64,000 nt of DNA from Octopus sinensis (taxonomy: Eukaryota), in NCBI RefSeq assembly GCF_006345805.1, contig NC_043004.1, positions 7,564,001 through 7,628,000 of the forward strand, written 5' to 3'. Numbering within the stretch: position 1 is the first letter of the stretch; every line of letters begins with the position of its first letter. This document shows, one piece after another, positions 52,222 through 64,000 of the stretch. The translations under genes and the position numbers were made by a program. The notes below the pieces were generated by a model. The model saw nothing but the letters and a program-made list of their open reading frames with translations. It was not told where the DNA came from and ran no database searches.

Positions 52222-53742
52222 GAAGTGTGGAAACAACAATTAGAATTGAAGGGCCTTAGAATCAACCTAGCTAAAACCAAAGTCATAATAAGTAGGAAGG
52301 CAGGCAAACCACAAATCCCTTCAGGTAGATGGCCCTGCTCGATCTGTAGTAGAGGCGTAGGTAGAAACTCTATAAGATGTACCCAGTGTAAGCTATGGAC
52401 ACATAAGAGGTGCCTTCAAAGGAAGGCTAAGTGGGAAGATAGTTTTTGTATGTGGCAGCTGCTCGGGAGCGATAAACACTGAAAATGCGCAGAGACCAAC
52501 TTCCGCCACATTCCAGGGAGAAAAACTAGAAGTAGTTGATAGCTTCCGTTACCTAGGTGACCAAGTCAGTAGCGGGGGGCGGATGTGCTGAAAGTGTAAA
52601 TGCTAGAGTAAGAATAGCCTGGGCAAAGTTCAGAGAGCTCTTACCTCTGCTGGTGACAAAGGGCCTCTCGCTCAGAGTAAAAGGTAGACTGTATGATGCA
52701 TATGTACAAACAGCCATGCTACACGGCAGTGAAACATGGGCTGTGACTGCCGAGGACATGCGTAAACTCGCGAGGAATGAAGCCAGTATGATCTGATGGA
52801 TGTATAATGTCAGTGTGCATACTCGACAGAGTGTAAGTACCTTGAGAGAAAAGTTGGACCTAAGAAGCATTAGATGTGGTGTGCAAGAGAGACGACTGCA
52901 CTGGTATGGTCATGTGGTGAGAATGGATAAAGATAGACGTGTGAAATTTTGCCACACCCTAGCGGTTGAGGGAACCTGTGGAAGAGGTAGACCAAAGAAG
53001 ACCTGGGATGAAGTGGTAAAGCACGATCTTTGAACATTAGGCCTCACCAAGGAAATGACTAGTGATAGAGACTTTTGGAAATATGCTGTACTTGAGAAGA
53101 CCCGGCAAGCCAAATGAGACCATAACCAGCCCGCTTATGCATACCTTTTCCTTCTTTGGTCACTAAACTCTGCTTGCGAAGACCTGTTGAGGCAAGTAAA
53201 ATCAAAATCAAAATCAATTCGATGACTGGCATCCATGCTAGCGGGGTGCAAAGAGTACCATACGAGTGTGATCGTTGACAGAGCGGCTAACCGGCTTCCG
53301 TGCCAGTGACACAAAAGGACACCATTCAAGCATGATTGTTACCAGCGTCGCTTTACTGGCACTTGTGCATGTGCTTGTAGGGTGCCAAGAGCACCATCCG
53401 AGCGTGATCGTTGCCAGAGCAGCCAACTGGCTTCCGTACCCGTGGCACGTAAAAAGGCACTATTCGAGCGTGATCGTTACCAACGTCGCTTCACTGGCAT
53501 GTGTAAAAAGATTCGAGCAAGGTCACTGCCAGTACCGCCTTATTGGCCCCGTGCCGGTGGCACGTAAAAAGCACCCACTACACTCTCTGAGTAGTTGGCA
53601 TTAGGAAGGGCATCCAGCTGTAGAAACTCTGCCAGATCAAGATTGGAGGCTTGTGCAGCCATCTGTTTCGCAAGCCCTCAGTGAAAATCGTCCAACCCAT
53701 GCTAGCATGGAAAGCGGACGTTAAACAATGATGATGATGATG
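52222..53742 (+). mobile_element. RTE LINE 3' 1.5 kb with Cys/His finger insert and tandem 3' UTR subunits
   Basis: GLRINLAKTKV, WPCSICSRGVGRNSIRCTQCKLWTHKRC, MLHGSETW, RLHWYGHVVRM, RGRPKKTW motifs; UTR with repeated GAGCGTGATCGTT units; (GAT)n tail. Confidence 0.88.
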
Positions 53743-54309
53743 CTTTTCCCCTAAAGGTGGTCACGACTGGAAAATTTTTAATCATAGGTCCACACGGGCA
53801 GCACTGACATGAGGCTAAACAACTAGTTTTTATTTTATTGACCCAAATAGGGATAGAATATAGTGAACAATCACCAGTCAGGCTTGAACTCAAAGCAGAC
53901 ACAAATACAAGTATTTTAGTGTGACTATCTGCCAATTCTTCTACCTCATCACCAATAACGACAATGCTTTCTTACAAAGGCACAAAACCAGACGTATTGA
54001 GAAGGGTCGTAGCTTGATCAATCCTAGAAAGATAAAAAGTTGGCCTTTTCTTTCTCCTTACCAAATCCATTTATGTTTATGATTGAGTCAATTAGCAAGA
54101 ATTTCAGTAGAAACCCAACATGACAGACAAGAGGTATTTTAGTTTAATAATGAAATTCGTTTTTGTGAATCAGATATTCATCACTTTGGGTTTCCTCTTC
54201 ATACCATAAATCTAAGTTGGTTGAACTGATTGAAATGATATCCAAATCATTTTCTAACCAAATGCTCAGATCTTTAAGGAAAAATATGGCAGATTGGATT
54301 CTCAACCAC

Positions 54310-54795
54310 ATGGTGCAAAGAGCACCATATGAGTGTGATCGTTGACAGAGCAGCTAACCAGCTTCCATGCCAATGGCACATAAAAGGGCACCATTCAAGT
54401 GTGATCGTTACCAGCGTCGCCTTACTGGCACCTGTGCCCGTGCTAGTAGGGTGCCAAGAGCACCATCCGAGTGTGATCGTTGCCAGAGCGGCTAACTGGC
54501 TTCCGTGCCGGTGGTACGTAAAAAAAGCACCATTCGAGCGTGATCGTTACCAACGTCGCCTTACTGGCACCTGTGCCAGTGGCATGTGTAAAAAGATTCA
54601 AGTGAGGTTGTTGCCAGTACTGCCTGACTGGCACCCGTAAAAACACCCACTACACTCTCTGAGTGGTTGGCGTTAGGAAGGGCATCGAGCTGTAGAAACT
54701 CTGCCAGATCAAGATTGGAGGCCTGGTGCAGCCATCAGTAAAATCGTCCAACCCATGCTAGCATGGAAAGCAGACGTTAAACGATGATGATGATG
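54310..54795 (+). mobile_element. RTE 3' UTR copy (SINE-like)
   Basis: Near-identical to 53250-53742, with tandem subunits and (GAT)n tail. Confidence 0.8.
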
Positions 54796-55404
54796 GTTCC
54801 GTGTTTGGTGACACCTTAAACAAGTGTCTTCTATTATAGCCTTGGACCAACCATAGCTTTGTGAATAGATTTGGTAGACGGAAACTGAAAGAAGCCTCTC
54901 GTATATAGATATGTGGGCGAAGGTAAAGATTACTTACACCTGGTGGGTAGGGTTTTTGTTACGCCGAAAACCAGTGGTGTACGTATTCTTTACCTCCGCC
55001 GCCGATATGTTCCCTCCCACCACAAGGTGTTGGTTTGCTTATGTCCCCATAATTAGAGGTTCGGCAAAAGAGACCGATCGAATAAACACCAGACTTGAAA
55101 ACGAATAAGTCCTGGGATCGATTCGTTCGACTAAAATTCCCCAAATTGGTGCCACAGTCTAATGACAAACAAGTAAAAGTAAAATTTAATATGCCTAAAT
55201 CAAGGGTCACTACTCGATCAAAGTCTCCCTAGCGCTAAACAACGGCCAAATTCAGTTTAACCTTTAAACCTCACAATATAGAATTACGTTGTTTTGAGAT
55301 TCTTAGCTTCGCTTAGCGACATCTCATTATATAACATCACTCTACATCTATTACATATAATATATATATTATAGATGTGTGTGTATATATGTGGGAAGAC
55401 TTCA

Positions 55405-55750
55405 TCCCGTTCCCCCACTCACCCCCCCCCCATTTTCGGATACGGAGATTCCGGAAAACTGCCAAAAATCGGCATTCCCCCCACCTCCACACACACACCA
55501 TTTCTTCATTTTTTACTTTTTTCCCCCCTAACCCTAACTATAAACATTTTTGGAAATTCCTTTTCAAAATCATAATCTCCGTATTTTCCCGCATATTTTG
55601 AGAAAGAAAAATATCGGGGGAAGGGCGGGGGGAGTTCAAAATGCCGATTTTTGCCAATTTTCTTTTGCAGATTCGTATTCTCCGGAGCCGAAAACCGAGG
55701 TTTCTGCAGAAAAAAATTTTTTTTCAAGGGGTGGGTGGGGGGTGTACAAA
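55405..55750. repeat. GC-rich imperfect inverted repeat (possible old TIR element)
   Basis: Blocks TTTTCGG.T.CGGAGA and CAAAAATCGGCATT recur inverted about 200 bp apart; CCTAACCCTAAC in the middle; TA-rich flanks. Confidence 0.5.
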
Positions 55751-56358
55751 AGGAATATATATATATATAAATATTGTATAGCATCCTCGTAACTATATAT
55801 TTCTATAGAATATAGATTCGCTCTCAGAACGATAATCGGTTCACTTACTTCTGCAAGATGTGGGAAACAAACGTTTTGTACTTCACGCAAAGAACTGCAG
55901 AAGCGACGGAGTCTCAAGGCAGACATAGCACCTAAGTGTCCCTCAAATCACACCCTTCGGTCTTAAGGAAAATATATTTGGTAATGTAGTCCTAGGTGCA
56001 TTATGCTTAGTAAACCGAGACCTTAATCACGACAATATTATTTTTTTGTCAAACAGGAAGACCTGAACGGTTTTATCTATCAACCTGCAAGAAATAGTTA
56101 GTAGTCACACCTCCATTCCCTCAGATTCCACTTGACTGTCGTAAAACAGGAAGTACAGATTATGGAATGTACTTGACTGCTAGATAAAAATAGCCGACAG
56201 TCATGGTCACAATTGAAAGGTCATTCTTTATAAATCACAATCAGCGTGACCTGAGATTAACCAACAATAAATACGAAGCGAATACAATTCGCCCAACTTG
56301 TCATTTATAAAGCCCGACATCTGTCACTCATCTAACGGAAAGACACAGAGATTCTATT

Positions 56359-58279
56359 GGTTAATATAGGGCGTAACAAATATCAGAAAATCAAAAAAAA
56401 AATGTGTGTAATAGGTGTAAAACAACTTCCTATGAACGAATATGAAAAAAAAATTCGCGCACGCGAAAGGGGGTGGGGGAGAGGCCTCGGAAAATTCACA
56501 TCGGGAAGTTCCGAAAGCGTCTGAGGAGCTGACCCGGGCACCAAAACAAAAAAAAAATAGTGTAATATGTGTAAAACAACTTGCTCTAAACGAATATGTC
56601 AAAAAAAAATGCGCTCTCGCGAAAGAGGGGTGGGGGAGAGGCCTCGGAATATTTATATCGGGAATTTCCGAAAGCGTCTGAACCGGGCACAAAAACAAAA
56701 ACAAAAACAGCGTAATAGGTGTAAAACAACTTGCTCTAAACGACTATCATGAAAAAAATGCGCGCTTGCGAAAGGGGGGTGGGGGAGAGGCTTCGGAAAT
56801 TTCACATCTTCAGTCCACGGCCTTTAAACTAAGAAAAAATAGTGTAATTGGTGTAAAACTACTTGTTCTAAACGAGTATCAAGAACACACACTCACACAT
56901 GAATCATAAACTCCGTATTTCGCAAAAAAAAAATAAATAAAGAGAAGAAATTCTGGAAAAAGTGAAGAAATGTTGGATCTCATTCCTTGGTTAAAGCTAT
57001 TTTAAACATTAAATTTATGCTTTTCTTTGAAATAGTTCAGATATATGCAATTCTTCTCACTTATTAAGATGCATTTATCAGAAAAAAAGAGACAGAAAAA
57101 ATTATTATTTTGTGTCAATCCTTCCCTAATTATCCTTTATTAATTAGTTTTGGCGTGTATTTTTTTCCCAATTTATTTTTTCACCTTTACAACACTGTTT
57201 AGTAAAGCAATTAATTATCTTTATAATTTGCATATTTGACTTATTAATCAAAATTCTCTAGATGTAATATATACTAAGTAATGCATCCTTCATTTATGTG
57301 TTCCGTTCTGTATTATGCATGCGTGACTGTTTGTATGTAAGTGTGTTTAACTGTGCACATGAATGTGAATATTAAAGAACATATTTATTTACTATGATTG
57401 TTATTTTCAGAACAAATAAATCTTTTGGCTGTTATGTTATTGATGTTATTATTATTGCTAGTTAAAGGGTGGTGACTTGGCTGAATATTTTGAGTCTTGT
57501 AGTATGTAGTTGTGTTAGTCAATATTCTGAGTTCAAATCCAACTCATTTCTTTATCATCATTATCGATGGACCACTCAAAGAGGTATGTATACATTATCA
57601 TTTTCGTAACATAATTTCTGTAGTATTTCAAGATGTTTCTGACACGTATTTTGATTCACATGGCGGAGATCCAACATTTCTTCACTTTTTCCAGAATTTC
57701 TTCTCTTTATTATTTTTTTTGCGAAATACGGAGTTTATGATTCATGTGTGAGTGTGTGTTCTTGATACTCGTTTAGAACAAGTAGTTTTACACCAATTAC
57801 ACTATTTTTTCTTAGTTTAAAGGCCGTGGACTGAAGATGTGAAATTTCCGAAGCCTCTCCCCCACCCCCCTTTCGCGAGCGCGCATTTTTTTCATGATAG
57901 TCGTTTAGAGCAAGTTGTTTTACACCTATTACGCTGTTTTTGTTTTTGTGCCCGGTTCAGACGCTTTCGGAAATTCCCGATATAAATATTCCGAGGCCTC
58001 TCCCCCACCCCTCTTTCGCGAGAGCGCATTTTTTTTTGTCATATTCGTTTAGAGCAAGTTGTTTTACACATATTACACTATTTTTTTTTTGTTTTGGTGC
58101 CCGGGTCAGCTCCTCAGACGCTTTCGGAACTTCCCGATGTGAATTTTCCGAGGCCTCTCCCCCACCCCCCTTTCGCGTGCGCGATTTTTTTTTTCATATT
58201 CGTTCATAGGAAGTTGTTTTACACCTATTACACACATTTTTTTTTGATTTTCTGATATTTGTTACGCCCTATATTAACC
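56359..58279. mobile_element. Foldback-type non-autonomous DNA transposon with ~620-bp TIRs built from ~150-bp subrepeats
   Basis: 56359-56980 is the near-exact reverse complement of 57666-58279; termini GGTTAATATAGG...CCTATATTAACC; 8-bp direct repeat ATTCTATT flanks both ends; 685-bp AT-rich spacer without a transposase ORF. Confidence 0.9.
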
Positions 58280-58713
58280 ATTCTATTAAAGTACAAGATT
58301 GCTCAGACAAAATACTTTAATGAACAAATCTTATTTCCATTTAAAAAGTTCCGCACCTCTTCTTCCCTTTGAATAGAATTGCTAACAATTATCTTCCGGA
58401 AGTTGGTTTCAATGAATTTCTAAAATTTTACCAAAATAAATCCAGTTATCTCCCTTAGTTGCTTCCCATTACAATATTTTAATTACGGGAAATGATAAGT
58501 TTGTATGAACACCTTTGTAGCTCTGAGAAATTTATATATATAGATATATATATATATATACTAATATAGGATGAAATTTTTTCAGAAAAAAATTCATCAA
58601 AAAAATGGTAGCATATTAAAGTACCTTTAACGGTTAAAATTATAAACAAGGGCAAAAGAAAAATTATTTCTATGCCAATATGCTGACTTTAAATCGTCAA
58701 TTTCCACATATCA

Positions 58714-58750
<37 letters not shown>

Positions 58751-59972
58751 TCATAGTCAGTTGTTCTACTAAGGGCAAACAAAATGGTTAGTGGTATGTT
58801 CTGAGGCGGTGAGCTGGCAGAAACGTTAGCACGCCAAGCGAACTGCTTAGGGGTATTTTGTCCACTCCTGCGCTCTGAGTTCAAATTCCACTGAGGTCGA
58901 CTTCGCCTTTCATCCTTGATAAATTAAGTACCAGTTACACATTGGAGTCGATGTAATCGACTTAATCCGTTTGTCTGTCCCCCGTGTTTAGCCCCTTGTG
59001 GGTAGTAAAGAAATAGGTATGTTCTGAGCCCCAATCCTGTCGATTTTTACTTCCCACCCATTTGGGACCATGAAAATAAAGTACCAGTCAAGTACTGGAC
59101 TTGTTGATCAACTTGCCCCCCACCACCACCATTGAATCTTGCAATGGAATGATATCCCTTTCATTTGAAATGCTGTGATCACAAATCACTTCTGCCACAG
59201 AAACCAACGTTACAAGTATCAGGGCTCAAGAAAAAAGAAACAGTTCAACTAAGACCCAAAGAATTCACTAATGCTGTCAGGAAATTTCTGATTGAATCCA
59301 TCAAAGGTGTTAGTTCTTCAACTGACCATCACTGGACTACCTGTCACCCCTTCATACAAAATTGTTTTATTCAAGTTATTCTAATTACTGAAGAATGCTA
59401 AATTAATGAGGACATAACAATACCAATACATTTGTAAAGAATATCTTCCTTTTGTTAATCTGAAGGAACAGAAGCAATCATTACAGAGCAGTTCTCTTTA
59501 TTTTTCACCCTTAATTCCCACGTCTTTAATGATTTTGGACAGAGCAATGCCTATAAGATGGCAAAGGGGAACAAGAAGTTATCGCATATATATCATCCCA
59601 CCAATTGTGTAGATGTGCTAGACATGACAGTCTTAAGCCCTCGACTCGAAGGCCAGTTACCCAGTTTTGCATGGCCTATAAGCAGCCAAGGTCACAACAG
59701 TGGACCTGAAGCAACATGAAGTGTTTTCGTTCCAGAACATTACCTGAACCAGGAATCAAAACCAGCCTTGGGGTCACAAGTGCAACACCCTACCCATTAG
59801 GCTACACACTCTTGATGAGGCTGTTCAGTTATTTAACTGAATAAGGCTTCTAGAGATAAAAGATCTTGTGATACTAATTTACAATAAACACTCACCAGAT
59901 TCATAGCTCTCATTAAGTATGGCTATGTTAACTACTAACATTAATTGTACACATGTCACTGGCTCAGTCTAC

Positions 59973-60220
59973 ATCATCATCATCGTTTAATGTCCGCCTT
60001 CCATGCTAGCATGGGTTGGTCGATTTTGACTGAGGGCTGGCGAACCAGATGGCCGCACCAGGCTCCAATCTGATCTGGCAGAGTTTCTACAGCTAGATGC
60101 CCTTCCTAACGCCAACCACTCCGAGAGTGTAGTAGGTGCTTTTTACGTGTCACCGGCACAGGGCCATTTAGGTGGTACTGGCAATGACCTCACTCGAATC
60201 TTTTTACACATGCCACTAGC
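59973..60220 (-). mobile_element. RTE 3' UTR copy
   Basis: Reverse-complement signature starting with (CAT)n. Confidence 0.8.
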
Positions 60221-60819
60221 AAACTCAAAAAGTTTCGAGCAGTGGCTAAAGTTAGGGTTAGTCGGTTCAAATCCTGTGTGAAACAAAAACTTCTTTGTTA
60301 AAGTTTAACTCTCAGCAATTAGAACATTTAGCTAACTTAACACTGTTTACATTTAATGTGATGATATCAAATACTAAACTGTATAAAAGTCACTAGTTAA
60401 TATACAATATACAGCAAGGCACTTTTCTCACAAGCTAAACTTGCTCTGACCAAATCCTTTCCATATCAAAACAACCAATGCAAGAAAATTGAAAATAGAT
60501 TCAAGATTTCACAGAATATTTACTTACCTGATTACTTAGAACCAGACTGATTCACTTAACTTATATTAGAATCGATTTTCATACAACAACCAAAAACTAG
60601 AATCCCATCATTCTCCATCTCGTTACTAACATTGACCTTTTTGAGATTACCCTTGGTCCTTTGATACAAAACCCCCATTTTAAAGTACAATAAATTAAAA
60701 CCATCCATTAAAATTTCATGTTCGAAAGACGACCTTAATAATGTCATCATAAATGTTGTTTTAAAAAAAAAAAAGTTTGAATTCATTCCTAAACCATGTA
60801 GAATTAAGTATTTCTAGCA

Positions 60820-61183
60820 ATTTCCTTTCAAGCATTGGGCCTCACAGAGGCTAAGTGGCTGAGTTCCTTTTGAGTGTTGGGACTCACAGAGGCAATGACC
60901 GAGACCTTTGGCATTATGTCGTGCTTGAGAAGACCCATCGAGCCAAGCAAAATCAGTTGTGGCTGATACTGGTGCCACACAAATCGTCATGTAAACACAC
61001 CCCAGTGTCACAGAAATGGTACGTAAAAGCACCGGTTACACTCTCGGAGCAGTTGGCATTAAGAAGGGCATCTAGCAGTAGAAAACCATGCCAAGTCAGA
61101 CTGGTGTCTGGTGCAGCCTTCCACATGCCAGCCCAGTCATACTGTCCAACCCATGCTAGCATGGACAACGGACATTAAATGAT
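60820..61183 (+). mobile_element. RTE LINE 3' fragment
   Basis: Homologous to the reverse complement of 17000-17320 (DRDLWHYVVLEKT) plus the family UTR. Confidence 0.75.
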
Positions 61184-61494
61184 CAAATTTTGCTCAAATC
61201 AAGTTAAAAATCAGCTCAAATTTACATTATTGTAATAACCATAATCTCACACAAGCTGTCACCCATCAATCATTATGCTACCTGAAATTCTCTGCTTGCA
61301 CCTACTCTCCATCTTCAAACAAGGTTTCTTTCTCACCATTAATTACTTCAAAATTCTTCATATTATGACCAAAGAAAAACAAAAATTATTCCCCTACAAC
61401 ATTAAACACTGCAAAATTAGAACAGAACACAGAAAATCTAAAATCTTCTCTAGTGTTGTCAGTATGGTGACAATACAAACCAATATTAGCCAAT

Positions 61495-61775
61495 CATCAT
61501 CATCGTTTAATGCTAGTTTCCCATGCTGGCATGGGTTGGACGGTTCGACTGGGGTCTGGAAAGCCAGGAGGCTGCACCAGGCCCCAATCTGATCTGGTAG
61601 TGTTTCAACACCTGGATGCCCTCCTAACGCCAACCACACCAAGAGTGTAGCGAGTGCTTTTTACATGCCACCGGCATGGAAGCCAGTCAAAGTAGCACTG
61701 GCATCGGCCACATTCGGATGGTGCCTTTTATGTGCTTTTGGCATGGGGCTCACAACTACAATTTCAATTTGATTT
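61495..61775 (-). mobile_element. RTE 3' UTR copy
   Basis: Reverse-complement signature. Further short copies lie at about 12612-12750, 13330-13446, 13946-14135, 35058-35230, 36490-36710, 43490-43635, 45163-45337, 45610-45768 and 51060-51290. Confidence 0.8.
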
Positions 61776-62442
61776 GATACCGCTGATGAACGGTAAATAT
61801 TGTCTAACCCTCAAGCAATTGTACCAGTTTCCAAAATAAAGAACTGTGAAGTTGTTAGAATGTTAACTGGTTGAGATATTTTATGTGAAGTATTACTGAT
61901 TACTGCAAGTTTTGTAAGATTCACAGCAGGGAAAGATGGCAAGAATCAACTTGTAAAAGTTATGAAAAGAACAAAATGTAAGACACAAATGCAGTTTAAA
62001 TTTGACCAGAATTTGGGATAAGTGCTAATTCCAAGAGAAAACCTTTAAGAGTCAATTCCTATTCATGGACAATGAGTAAGCTGTACAAATTCTTTGTGAA
62101 TGTGCACATGTATGATGCCACAACAATGAAATGAACAATTTCAAGAATAAACTGGGAAAAAGTGTTCTTAGGCCTGGCAGGCGAAATAAGGTTGAAATGA
62201 ATGGCAACATTCTTTGAAGTGAATGTCATGTCTGACAGCTTCAAAAGATGGATATTAAAATAGAAATGATCAGTAACTACAGTGTGTGTGTTTACCATCT
62301 TTAAGAAATTTCAATCAAATAAATTGATCAGATACTTATTTTTAAAGCCTGGTACTTATTCTGTGTTGCCAACTAATTTACAGGGATGTAAACACACCAA
62401 CACTAGTGAAGAAATGGTGAGGGACAAACAAGGACATTATGC

Positions 62443-62477
<35 letters not shown>

Positions 62478-62814
62478 TACAATGGGCTTCTTTGAGTTTC
62501 AATCTACCAAATCCACTCACAAAGCTTTGTTCAGCCCAAGGTGCCATGCAATGGGACTGAACCCAGAACCATGTGGTTGGGAAGGAAGCTTCTTATCACA
62601 CAGCCACACCCGCACCTACATACACAATGATGAAAGTAGCGATATCACTGATAATGAAATTACAATTTTCTTTTTCCTCTTACATTTTCTTTCCAGTGAC
62701 AACAATTAGAAATGAAGCTATGTTATATCCAGGGTCAAATTAACAGCTGCAACGATGATAGAATGAATTGTGAATTGTTTGATGGACATTTACTGTCAAC
62801 TTGAGAAGCTGAGC

Positions 62815-62860
<46 letters not shown>

Positions 62861-63334
62861 CGACAACCAGACGTTATATTAAGTTCAGATGAGGTTTAGC
62901 AAACAGAGAAAATAGTGCCAATATTAAGATAACTACGCAACTCCTCTCTCTTGGCTGGGGCCACTAAACCAACAGCCATCAACCCTAATTAAGTAGTTGA
63001 GAGATGACAGGCAGTTCCAGTGGCAATTTATCAATCAGCAAATTCACATACAAGCAACTGAGGGAATTAATATTAGTCACTGATTTGAAATTTGTATCAG
63101 GATTCTAACAGTTTTTACTCACAAAACAGTTTAAATGTATGAAAACTTAAGAAAAACCTTGAAAAGATTTTTAAAATGAGAGGTTATGACAAATCTCTTA
63201 AATATGAACCGTCTTATGAATTTTCAGCCAGAGCTAGTCATTAATTTCTATGACACATAACTGACTCAAATAAGTAGAGTTTACCATGTAAAAGCAGTAA
63301 CTATCACCTTTTTGATTAGTAGAACTGGATTTAA

Positions 63335-63525
63335 CCCTTTAGCAGTTAAACCAGCCATATCCAGCCAAAAATATTCAACCTGCTTTATGGTCAAACTGGC
63401 CAGATGTGGCCTCTCACACCAATCCTACCATATTATTCAGAAAATTAATAGTTACCTCATCAAAATCTCAAAGGTATGAGATAATGCATGAGTAATTTGA
63501 AGCAATGTGACTAAATAAGAATTAC
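63335..63525. mobile_element. piggyBac-like MITE, one end decayed
   Basis: TTAA-CCCTTTAGCAGTTAAACCAGCCATATCCAGCC start is homologous to 49496. A reverse copy ends at 15375 (CTAAAGGG-TTAA). Confidence 0.7.
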
Positions 63526-64000
63526 TGAAAATTCCTCCTTTGGCAATTCTAAATATATAAGCCTGAACATTGAATATTATGTAAAAACGTCCAATTACAC
63601 AATACCCAAGAGACTTGTGAAACAAAGGTGGAAAAGAAAACAGATTAACAGAGTCAAGTAGTTGGACTGTAGGAATTGTGGAGAATAAAGAGAAAAAAAG
63701 CTAACTCAACAAGTACTGAATGTACACACATACACACAGAGAGAAATAGTTACGTTTGAAGTGAAGATAGAGAAACTAAGAAGTTTCACAAATTACACAC
63801 CAGTAGACCCACTAACTTCAAATCATATTCCTATTGCATGAAAGAGAGATCATTGAAAACAACAACCATTAAGTCAAATTGAAAATGTTCAACTATTTCA
63901 GTAAATTATTTAAATCAAGCTGAAATAAGATGAATGAACATTTTTGAGCATTTGATACAAAAGCTAAGAATAAAAATCAAGAAAGAAATCACAAAGATGG

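Noticed and set aside
55849-55926. MSALRLRRFCSSLR as a mitochondrial targeting peptide
   Set aside because: The ATG lies in a short-repeat copy and no mitochondrial protein exons could be found downstream.
55926-56359. Both GG...CC TIR elements start exactly 433 bp upstream of a minus-strand ATG (20931 to 21364; 55926 to 56359)
   Set aside because: The second ATG is doubtful and n=2; treated as coincidence.
56400-56900. Regularly spaced ~150-bp repeats resembling a CRISPR array
   Set aside because: Eukaryotic context, whole units are homologous (no unique spacers), no cas genes; they are TIR subrepeats.
60238-60290. tRNA-like GGTTCAAATCC B-box
   Set aside because: No cloverleaf can be drawn; probably a SINE head remnant. 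No tRNA or rRNA genes are supported in the window.

Overview
AT-rich, microsatellite- and transposon-dense animal genomic DNA. The SINE/RTE repeat families point to a coleoid cephalopod, most likely Octopus (inference from repeat content, not a database hit). Only one protein-coding gene is confidently identifiable: an intact, intronless TFIIE-beta (GTF2E2) ORF at 20062-20931 (-). Several phase-compatible minus-strand exon candidates suggest one or two further spliced genes, one possibly with a signal peptide; these are low confidence. The rest is mobile DNA: more than 20 RTE-LINE 3' ends or fragments, three tRNA-derived SINE families, a full-length decayed mariner, CR1-, R4- and Penelope-type remnants, piggyBac-, MULE- and Helentron-like non-autonomous elements, and a 1.9-kb foldback element with about 620-bp TIRs. 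The most notable signal is a recurring set of inverted repeats (about 12.2-12.6, 18.9-19.1, 46.4-47.1 and 49.4-50.0 kb) whose arms carry minimal hammerhead-ribozyme cores (CUGANGA / stem II / GAAA / NUH). Their stem III is always a self-complementary palindrome although its sequence differs between loci, and two of the loci share a non-canonical core with an extra purine on each side of stem II. Coordinates of decayed repeats are approximate (read by eye).
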